This document shows positions 1 through 9,411 of a stretch of DNA of 51,032 nt, piece after piece; positions within the stretch are counted from its first letter, which is position 1, and each line of letters opens with the position of its first letter. The notes under the pieces were generated by a model. It made no database searches, was not told where the DNA came from, and saw only the letters and a program-made list of their open reading frames with translations. The DNA comes from Basidiobolus meristosporus CBS 931.73 (lineage: Eukaryota; Fungi; Basidiobolomycota), in contig MCFE01000636.1 in the NCBI GenBank assembly GCA_002104905.1, positions 1 through 51,032 on the forward strand, read 5' to 3'. A program made the position numbers and the translations under genes.

Positions 1-1030
1 ATCTCAAGCAACAAGGTTACAATTTATCCAAGATTGTTAACATGAGATTTATCAACTATCACACTCTGGAGGTAGTACTTGACAAAAGTATTGCTAAAGA
101 ATTCTCTCAAAATGTCTCTGACCAGTTCTACTGGGAACCTACTGACCATGCCTTTAAAGAGTTTCCTGATTCTCCAGTTTACAAGACCTTCTCATTAGAG
201 GAATCTCTGCTCTCAAGATTCACTTCACTTATCAAAAACTCCCCTTCACCTGCTGTTACCTACTTCCTTAAAGATTATTATATCTCTCAAGCTTATTTAC
301 TTCACTCCCCCATGAACCTGAACTCCAGTGTACTCTGGGACACTGCCTTAACTTTAGCTTAGATTTATTCATATTCAACCTAGTGTTTACTTTGGGAATC
401 TTCTATTCCCAGCTGGCTTCTTTATTTGTGGTTAGACTTGTCTGAAATCAAATAAAGATTTCACCTACCTTGGTGGCTTTCCCTCCCCTAACCCTAACCC
501 TAACCAAGAACACTTAGCCTTGTGGTTATCCCTAACCCTTCCATACCCATGGTTGTGGGTTCAAATCCTGGATCCAACAAAATTTGATTAATAAATTGAT
601 GTGTGCTCATTGGGAGATGGCTTGATCAACCATTGGGCAAAGTAAGGGCTCTGATTGGCTGATATCCTTGAAATGCTAATTGGCCAGATTTGCCTAGTAA
701 ATTTGGCCAGTGATTGCCCAGAAATTCATCTCAGTTCCCCCAGTCTACTGCCATTCCGGCCACAATTCAGCTACCGCAAACCAGTATAACTTAGCTCAGA
801 TATATTCAGATTCTTACTTCTCAGGCCTGGCTTTCCAGGAAACCTCTCTCAGACCTAGCTAACTAGGAAATATAGTACCACTCAGCTTCTCAACTCTCAG
901 ACCTGGCTTACCAGGAAGATATCTCTCAGACCTAGCTTTCTAGGAATAACTTCAGATTAACTTGGCTTCTTTAGATACTTGTCATAAGTAAATAAAGATT
1001 TCACCACTTGGTGACTTTCCTCCCCCCTAC
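1..1030 (+). mobile_element. Degenerate non-LTR retrotransposon relic (ORF1-like remnant plus two copies of the conserved terminal motif)
   Basis: Open frame 3-362 (LKQQGYNLSKIVNMRFINYHTLEVVL...) is followed by TGGCTTCTTT..AATAAAGATTTCACC-loop-GGTG-oligo(C) at 413-488 and again at 963-1027. CpG is nearly absent. The same motif follows a clear LINE RT at 3420-3478. The ORF1 identity is inference. Confidence 0.55.
489..765 (+). mobile_element. tRNA-headed SINE/MITE-like element preceded by (TAACCC) repeats
   Basis: A-box-like TAGCCTTGTGGTTA (515-528) and B-box-like GGGTTCAAATCC (557-568) at tRNA spacing. GGTTGTGGGTTCAAATCC is what GGTCGCGGGTTCGAATCC becomes after CpG decay. No complete cloverleaf is visible. 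Confidence 0.4.
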
Positions 1031-1149
1031 GTTTCTTCCACTTCTTCTTGGTAATCTTGACTACCAATCTGCCAACTGAGGTGCCAGAGTGTTGTTTTCT
1101 GTATCACCATCAGCAGCGCTTAATGTTTGCTTATAACCATTCCCCAAAG

Positions 1150-1800
1150 TAGCCTATGCATTTTATTACTGTGCAGCTGAAGACTGATGACTCCCGCTAG
1201 ACACAAGTAAATGTAGCAAGTGGGTATCCTTAAAACCTGTTGGGGAATGGTTACCATGCACTATAAAAGTGTGTTAGGGACTCATGTAAAACTAGCATGA
1301 TGAGAATTAAAAGCACTTTATTACCGCATGGCTAATGATTGTTGAGTCCTGCTAGACACAAGTAAACATAGCAAATGGGTATCATTAAAACCTGTTGGGG
1401 TATGGTTACCATGCACTATAAAAGTGTGTTAGGGACTCATGTAAGACTAGCATGATGAAAAATAAAAGCACTTTATTACTGCGTGGCTAATGATTGATGA
1501 CTCCTGCTAGATGCAAGTAAACGTAGCAAGTAGGTATCATTAAAACCTGTTGGGGTATGGTTACTGCGCACTATAAAAGTGCGTTATGGATTCATGCAAA
1601 ACTAGCATGGTGAAAAATAAAAGCATTTCAGTACCGTGCAGCTGATGACAGATGGCTCCTGCTAGACACAAGTAAGCATAGCAAGTGGGCATCCTTAAAA
1701 CCTGTTGGGGTATGGGAACTGTGTACTTTGGAAGTGCATTACAAACTAATGAAAACTAGCATGATGAAAAATAAAAGCACTTTTGTACTGCATGGCTAAG
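1150..1800. repeat. Tandem array of ~4.2 copies of a 155-bp unit
   Basis: GCTAG(ACACAAG) anchors at 1196, 1351, 1506 and 1661 (exact 155-bp period). AAAACCTGTTGGGG recurs in all four units and GCACTATAAAAGTG in the first three. Confidence 0.95.
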
Positions 1801-2400
1801 TTTTTACAATTCCTGCAGGATACATGTGCACATGGAACACATGTAGTAGTTGCAATGGTGTAAACAAAGTTTCTATTATAGTTATAAAATGTATTGAACT
1901 TGGGATACACTTTAAATTTGGTAAAAGCAATTGGGTTAGAGAAAATTTGCATTGGCCATGAATTCTTTTATCATATTAGGGGCATGCAATTTATGGTGCC
2001 CAAAACTTATTAAAATATGAGATTCTGGCCAGATTGGGATGATTTCCATAAATTATTATTTATAGCATTAAAAGTAACATTTTATTAAATAAATAGTCAT
2101 CAAGACCTATACAGAGCATAGAGAATGTGTAGGGAGACAAATATTGGCCCAGACATGCCCACTATATGACCAGACAATGTGCCAACTGTAGGGTAAAAAT
2201 ATTTATGGCTAGGGTGATAAGGGTTAGGAGGAGGTATTGTTACCCTAAGGGACCAGAACCAAGAATAAGAGAAAAGTCACCCTAAGGGAATTTATAGAGT
2301 ATAGGAGCAGTATGGGGGATTGCATCCCCAAACCCCCTGCTCTTCTAACCTTTTCCTAGCCCTTACTATAACACCTACACCCTAACCCAAGAAATACTAC
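1800..2400. repeat. Degenerate AT-rich repeat, probably a non-autonomous TE remnant
   Basis: CpG-free. Contains a GGGGATTGCATCCCC hairpin (~2314-2330) and CCTAACCC/GGGTTAGG motifs typical of fungal non-autonomous elements. Family not identified. Confidence 0.3.
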
Positions 2401-2409
2401 AGTGAACAA

Positions 2410-3480
2410 GCAGTTTTGCTACATTCTCCTTTAGACTTTGATATTAAGGATATTTGGGATACAGCAAAGTCCAAGTTTATCTTGTAGGCTTACTGCATCT
2501 CAAATATTCATATTCAAACTTGGCTTCTTTATTTATGATATAAATAAAGATTTCACCCTGTGGTGATTATCACCCCCCCTCCAGCTTTCCATTGCAAAGA
2601 CAGTACCTTTGGGTTGTACCATCAAGTTGGACAACTGCACTCTACCTGCTTAAGTTTCTGCTACATATCTTGGCTTTCCTTTCCTTCCTACTGGACTAGA
2701 CTCTGGAGCACACCTGAAGAAGAGAATTACCCTGGCAAGAGAAGCACTCTACAAGCTACTGGCTGTAACTCCTCCTACAACTTCAGCTCCCAGCTGCCTC
2801 CTTCTACTCAAGCAGTTTGTCTTCCCTGTCCTGGAATTTGGCTTACCACTTCTCTCTCTTACTTCTAGAGACCGCATTAAACTTGACAAGTTTGCAGTCT
2901 GGTGCAATACATCCCTGGTGCCTCATCTGACCTGAATGCCCCTACAGACATGCTATTCTTGGTGCTTTTAGGTTTATGGCCTACAAGATCAGACTACTCT
3001 ACCTTAGAACAAGATTATATCTCAGACTTCACCACTGCAACAACCCACTGATCAGGACCTGGAAGAGAACACCCCACACTACACCTGGCTCCTGCTGGAG
3101 AACTATACTTGGAGATCCTGAAGTCAAGAAGTTTGCTCAATAGATTCTGCAGTCAGATAAACCCAAGCTGGCCTACATGAAGTACTTGACAGACATTTGG
3201 CAGCAATATCTGAAGCAGCAAACTCCCTTTATGATGAATATCAATCCTTATCATATTCCCCTCATTAATGTTGTTCACAAATTATTCTTACCCCTCTTGC
3301 TACCCCTCTTCCCACTCAACAGTGTCTTGATCACTGAAGAGCTATCATCACTTCTTGTTAACCTACCTGCATATTCCCCTCAGCTACACACTCTTGTATC
3401 AAAGCTACAACAGTAGTGCTGGCTTCTTTGTTTCAACTGAAATAAAGATTTCACCTGTTGGTGACTGTCTCCCCCCCCTT
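2410..3480 (+). mobile_element. LINE (L1-like) relic with reverse transcriptase C-terminal half and terminal motifs
   Basis: Frame from ~2600 reads ..ATYLGFPFLPTGLDSGAHLKKRITLAREAL..LLKQFVFPVLEFGL..KLDKF, then ILGAFR (2955-2972) in a shifted frame; these are RT domain 7 and thumb motifs. Conserved terminal motif at 2521-2580 and 3420-3478. Stops and frameshifts present. Confidence 0.75.
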
Positions 3481-4607
3481 AACCCTAGGTATTTTCAATG
3501 ACTAAGATTCTGGATACTTGACAGGCTTATTCTTGTGTTTCAGATATAAGAATCTGAAAGTTGCATTGCTTTGTGATATTTCTTACCAGCAATATGTGCA
3601 TATGAGCTTTAGATTAGATTTATGCTATTTGCAATTGGCTAACATCAACTTAACTTAGGGTTAGGTCCAAAACTTGCCAATAGAGTATAAATAATATAGA
3701 GTATTGTAACTATTAACTTTAGCTTGATTACTGAATGAGAGATAAACCTAGTCTCATCGATATTAATGTTTCACTAATGATGGTTCTAAGGAGACTAGAG
3801 AATATCCGCTACGCCATCAAGAGATTTTTACAAGCATGTTTTCAACCCATATCTGTCTTTCTACTCTTAAAGCCTGTGATAGATGCCGTATATTGAGCAG
3901 GAGTCATCACTGCATTTTCATTGTTGACTCTTATAGACAATGTATGCTAGAATAGTCACAACTTGCTTGGCTCTCTGCCTCTCAAAATATTTAATGCCAG
4001 TTCTTTATGCCGCATGTAAGATCACAGTGCTGTTGTAGTAAACACCTGTATTCAGATACTGTAGATTGAGCAAATAATGAGTGACCAAGTGTACTTGAAT
4101 CTCATTTTTAAATCTAAGGGGATTGTCAAAGCGCTATGCCTACAGGAATCAACTGCAAAGAGGCATTGTATAGCCTCAGGAGATTTCCAAGCATACGTTG
4201 CAATCGCAGGTGGATAACGGAGGATAATAATCGATCAACATCTTTGAGTGCGTTATGGTTTAATTTTCCTATTTCACATAATACTTTCATCAGGCTCAAG
4301 CAAGCGACATGCATAACTATTTTTGAAAGGAGTAGTCCTAGACGATGAGCTCCTGCATTATTGTCCATTGTGTACGATGACTTGGGTTTGCAACCCCCCA
4401 CATTTTCCCATTTGAATCGCCATTACCCTATGCAAATACCATTGAAATGCTGATACCTCAGAAATTGTATTAAAAGGCTAGCCTATGTACCACAACTACT
4501 GACATCTATGATTTCTTCGTCAGCTTCTGGCCCGTTCTCTTTAGTTGGTCTTTTGTCTCACTAATTCAAAACTCATCTTGATCCCCAATACCTGAATAGA
4601 ATATCAA

Positions 4608-5129
4608 ATGTCGAGATATTCAGGATATCTTCTTTCGTTTCTAATGATTGCGACCTTTGTCTCAATCGTTCGTTCTGTTCAAATTTTGGACATTGCCGAG
4701 TGCCGTACATGTTTTGCCGCATTAGCACCTGGATGTAAAGAGAAGATGTCAAGTGCAGACTCAAGCTCCAGTGCTGGGGCAGTTGCAATGAAAGATTGCA
4801 TGTGTACAAAGCAATACTTTAGCTCCTTCACTGCTTGCGGCACATGCTCCGCCAAATCGATGAATTCGAACGCTGTGCCTGATCAGGCTGCCTTAGATGG
4901 CTTAAAGCAATCTTGCACGACAGTCGGGCTAAACGTCGAACAGAATGCCCTGGTCTCCTCCGGGACATCATCAAGTAGTGGTGCCCCCTCCCCGAGCTCT
5001 TCCGTTGTCGGCAATGGCCCAAATATTGGTAATTCCAACAATGGACGAAGCGAGGGTAACTCGAACTTTTCCAAGTACCAGCAGCTGCTCGTGATGCTCT
5101 CATCCATGTTAATAGTATACTTCTATTGA
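4608..5129 (+). CDS. Small secreted 8-Cys protein with Ser-rich linker and GPI-anchor-like C-terminus (CFEM-like)
   Basis: 173-aa intronless ORF. Hydrophobic N-terminal signal, CxxC..C..CxC..CxxC..C pattern, S/G/N-rich tail, hydrophobic C-terminus LLVMLSSMLIVYFY. Confidence 0.75.
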   Translation: MSRYSGYLLSFLMIATFVSIVRSVQILDIAECRTCFAALAPGCKEKMSSADSSSSAGAVAMKDCMCTKQYFSSFTACGTCSAKSMNSNAVPDQAALDGLKQSCTTVGLNVEQNALVSSGTSSSSGAPSPSSSVVGNGPNIGNSNNGRSEGNSNFSKYQQLLVMLSSMLIVYFY

Positions 5130-6570
5130 GCTCTCAATTCTAGTATTCCTATTTATTCGAGCGCCATGAATTGTACAATCAAACTAAACACAATAATCTT
5201 TATAATGATTTGCGAATATTTCTACAAAGGCACCACTATGATGCCATTATGTCAAATAAACAATGACCCGACTCTGCAAAATCGCCCCCAAAGTTTTTGA
5301 TAGCGGCAGCATGCACTGAATGCAGGCAGCATTACGAAAATGGATGTGAGTTCTGGATATTTGGTCACTGTATTTTTAGCGCTTCAGTGCCAATTCTAGC
5401 TGCCCTTGTACAAATACACGATTGAAAGAAAATCTCGGTATCAAGAAATACTCATATTTGGAATATCGCCAGATCTGATATTCACCAACAAATCGCGATT
5501 CATCGTATGAGAGATTAGGCATATAGCGCAAGTCACCTGGGGGCTAGGGTTAGTAATCCTAGTCCCTTATTCCTTGCCACCAAAACAGACGGGTCCTTTA
5601 GAAATCATGGAGGAATCATCTAGGGCACTGAGCACACATGAACAACGATCCCTGCATTGGATGAGAGACTCATCCTCGGTACTCGGGAACCAGCCTAATA
5701 TGACATAAAAGCCTGGTGAAGGCACCCTCAACCGTACACGAGATAGAAGAACAAGGCCGAAGGATGATTGCTAAATATATTCATAGTAACTAGATCTGGT
5801 AACACTGATCCAAAGCTTAATCTATTAGTTAATAAATAACCAATTATACATGGAACCGATGTTTGGAATGCAATAGCCCAGTATGTACCACAGTCTTCAA
5901 TCCCCTTTGATCGGGCTATTCCTATTTTATATGTATTACAGAATGTGACCCTTGCGCTCGTGGAAAAGGCTCACTTTGATATGAGCTGCGTCTAACCACC
6001 TGTAGTTGATTAACGATCTCTCAAGGAATCTTCGGGCTTTCACCTGGGAAGAGATACCAGCCAGTAATAGCGGCGCTTCAGAAACGGACCAATGGTGGTA
6101 TATGTCTGTGTGTTATGTGCGAGATCAGCGATGCACTGTTTATTATTAGCCTTTCGCCCGGTCTTCGCTTGTGTTCTGAGAATCACTTATCGGCAAAAAC
6201 GTGGCCAATACGGCACCATGGTTGAAAGTGTCCGACTAGGAGACAGTCCAAATAGCTAAGAATAACACCTGGATAAGGTAAATTACCTACGTGGGGCCTA
6301 GTCTCGGCTGTGGTTGGTGACATGATTGGTCCTGATCGCGAAACACAGTAGAATTGAGTGGCGGATTCAAAAGGAGCCAATGTTTGTATCAAATACTAGA
6401 ATTGTTTGCGGGATATTGGTTTTTTCACCACACTGATAGTCTAAAAAAGACTGTTAAGTATTCTGCAGCTGCACTCTGGATCCCGTTTTCGAAAGACCAG
6501 CAGACTTGACGACAACGAGGAACATATATATAGACGCTTGATACTCAGATCTTGCCATACCTTAGCCAAC

Positions 6571-7434
6571 ATGAGGATAATTTCATACACCGCTACGACA
6601 CTGGTTATAGCAACACTTCTCTTGTTAAGCGAAGCACGCAACGCAAGACAAGATGGAATGACTTTGACCTGGAAGATGGATCCTGGCAACCGGAGCACTT
6701 GGGATCTTTATGACCACCCTCCTAATCTCAAACGGCTTAGTGTTGTCCAAAACCCCTTGTCTACAGGCTCAGAACAGGTATTCAAGGTGGAATACCCTAG
6801 AGGAAGCTACTCTCCGGCAGGCTCTCATGATTCTGGTGGCGTTCACTTTTACACAAAACCGTTTGGCCACCGAATGTTCAAAAAGGCCATGTTGTCCTAC
6901 GATATTGGTTTCCCTTATGATTTCATCTGGGTAGAAGGTGGAAAACTCCCAGGAGTCTTTGCTGGCGACCCATCACATGGATGCTCGGGTGGTAGGGAGT
7001 CTAACGGAATTAACTGTTTCTCTACAAGGCTGATGTGGAGAGCAAATGGAGTTGGTGAGGTGTACGACTATCTGCCAAGGCAGGAAAATGGCTTCTGTAG
7101 CCAAGAACATGTCGTATGCAACGAAGCATACGGTACCTCTCTCGGGCGCGATTTTAAGTTTGGACGAGGTTGGAATCAAGTCCAGTTATTCGTTCAAGTC
7201 AATGATCCGGATCAAAACAATGGTATTGTGGAATTGTACCTGAACAACACACTTGTGTATAAATCAGACACCCTACGCTACAGAAACACTGATGACCTGG
7301 GAGTCAGCTACTTCATGTTTAGCTCTTTCTTCGGTGGCTCTGAGCCAAGATTCGCTACACCAGTCAATACCCAGACGTACTTTAGAAATATTCAACTCAG
7401 CGTCGGCGAGGAGATAAAGCATGAACACTGGTAG
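6571..7434 (+). CDS. Polysaccharide lyase family 14 (alginate/glucuronan lyase-like), secreted
   Basis: Motifs YPRGSYSP, FIWVEGGKLPG, CFSTRLMWR and FSSFFGGS. Signal-like MRIISYTATTLVIATLLLLSEA from ATG 6571 (the ORF track starts at an upstream TTG). Confidence 0.85.
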   Translation: MRIISYTATTLVIATLLLLSEARNARQDGMTLTWKMDPGNRSTWDLYDHPPNLKRLSVVQNPLSTGSEQVFKVEYPRGSYSPAGSHDSGGVHFYTKPFGHRMFKKAMLSYDIGFPYDFIWVEGGKLPGVFAGDPSHGCSGGRESNGINCFSTRLMWRANGVGEVYDYLPRQENGFCSQEHVVCNEAYGTSLGRDFKFGRGWNQVQLFVQVNDPDQNNGIVELYLNNTLVYKSDTLRYRNTDDLGVSYFMFSSFFGGSEPRFATPVNTQTYFRNIQLSVGEEIKHEHW

Positions 7435-7804
7435 GTGTTCATACAACGACCAATGAATAAAGTCACCAGTCCCCATGATCCTATCACAGGAATCGCCCTT
7501 TTTCTTCCGAACACTCACAACATGGGTACTTAATGGCCATTGGTAACAGAAATGTGCCCTGTCACCAAATGCGCTTCACCCTTTCTCATACTATTATCCA
7601 GACATGGTGCCAATATCCTTGATACCAGTATGGCTTTCACGATAATAGTTAATGCTGGCTGATTTCTGCGTTGATATCAGGCGATTAGTTCTAAAATTAC
7701 TCTATTTACTCGTGCACTTCGATCAAGAGATACTAAGGGGAACTAAGTTGACCGACCATTCATATTGATTGATAATAACGACCCATGGCTAGAGATGGTA
7801 TAAA

Positions 7805-9411
7805 TTACAAATTAGCGAAGGATACAGCTGACAGAGCCAAAAGGGTTAAGACCGACATGGTCGACAAAGAACCCGCACCATTTCCTTGGTGCAGCTGCTT
7901 CCTTGGTTCTTTAGTAGACTTGCCGATACTCGAAGATGAGACGTCAGTGGTGGAGGATGTGTTGTCACTATCCTTAATGGGGGTTGGGGCGGCCTTGGTG
8001 GGAGTTACCACAGCCCCAAATCCATCAAAACTACATGAGGTGTCTTTTTCCCCGTTCTTGGTGTAATACTCGTTAAACATATATGATAAGCGTTGCTCTG
8101 GCTCGCAACCGGAGTACATTCCGTAGACGCCTGTCTCTCCATTGTCTATGATTTCCGTGCAGGACGCTTCATTACACAGGTACGCGAAGAGTTTCTCCAT
8201 ATCAGGAGTGTTGCCGGTAGCGTTTGTGAACACGCATTTAAGTGAATCGACCATGGAGCTACACAACTTCTCGGATGGTGTAGATGGAATCTTACTATTA
8301 GCCAACCAAGTAGAGCTGATTGAGGGGCATTGGCTAGGTACTCGACTTGGCATATAGCTCGACAGCTTGGTAGTTTGTAAGCGTACTTTGGACATCTCGT
8401 TTTTCAGGTTTTCGTAACACGGTCTTTTGGTTACTCCACCATCAGCCTCAATTTTAACTAAACCATAATTATTGGGCTCCTGAGTGTATTCGTAAACAAT
8501 ACCTCCCGAGAAAGTATCCTTCATATCTGGACCGAAGATAGACGCCACTTGATGGAAACTACGGACACCATTGGTATTGCAGCCAAATTCGCTCAAAAAG
8601 ACAGGCACGCTGTAAGTAGAGAATTGCTCAGTTCGGGCGGCGTATTGAGAACTCTGGAAAGTGGCCTCATCCCCGCACCACGAGTAAATGTTATAGCCAT
8701 AGAAGTCAACCTAGAAAAGATAATAAGCCTACTACTCAAGCACACAAAATAGTCGGATTTAGTACTTACTCGTTCGTCAGCGTCTCCACAGTTGAAGTAA
8801 TCGGCACAATCTACCCTGGTAACTGCTGCATCGTTAGTGGAGTAGCCAACTGGAATCTGTCTCTTCTTGGTCTTGACGTATTTCTTCACATCACGGATAG
8901 ATGCTTTGACAAAAGGTGCGGCTTTTGTTGCGTTGACATTGTTCACAACCTCATTACCAGCAAAGAATCCAATCACATTGGGATAGTCCGAGAAGGCGTC
9001 AATGGTCTTTTTATAATTATCCAGCAACACTATATCGTAGCTAGGATCGGCACGGTTAATGGAGTATGAAGGACTAGAGATGTCCAAGACCAAGTAAATT
9101 CCTGCTGCCGCCAAGGCTTTCATGCATGCATCATGGTTCAAAGTATTGTCGACTTGATAAACTCTGATGGTATTCAAGCCTAGATCCTGAAAGTAAGCGA
9201 TATCACGGGTACATGTTTGAATATTCGCAAGAGGGTCTTTGTTGGCACCAGTTTGACCACTAGGTTGATAAGCTACGCCCTTGATATAGAATTGATCACC
9301 GGTGACTGAATCGAAGAACTTGCTGCCTTTGATGATGAGTGGATTGATGGCAGACGCATGCGAGGCACACAAGACTAAGGAGATGGAAGACAAAACAGCG
9401 GATAGCTTCAT
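7805..9411 (-). CDS. GH72 beta-1,3-glucanosyltransferase with X8 domain and GPI signal (Gas/Gel family); one intron 8711-8769
   Basis: IKGVAYQP, LNTIRVY, FFAGNEV, PVFLSEFGC, GGIVYEY, Cys-box, S/T tail and hydrophobic C-terminus. A GTAAGT..CTAG intron joins the two ORFs in frame (DER|VDFYGYN). Confidence 0.95.

Noticed and set aside
486-505. (TAACCC)3 as a telomere or interstitial telomeric array
   Set aside because: Too short and embedded in repeat sequence; kept only as a possible target motif.
1224-1231. GTATCCTT matching the U12-type 5' splice site
   Set aside because: Lies in the satellite unit and not in a gene.
1150-1800. Regular repeats as a possible CRISPR array
   Set aside because: Units are contiguous 155-bp repeats with no unique spacers, in a eukaryotic context.
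4126-4401. Overlapping short ORFs at the edge of the repeat block
   Set aside because: No recognisable family, so there is no support for calling a gene.
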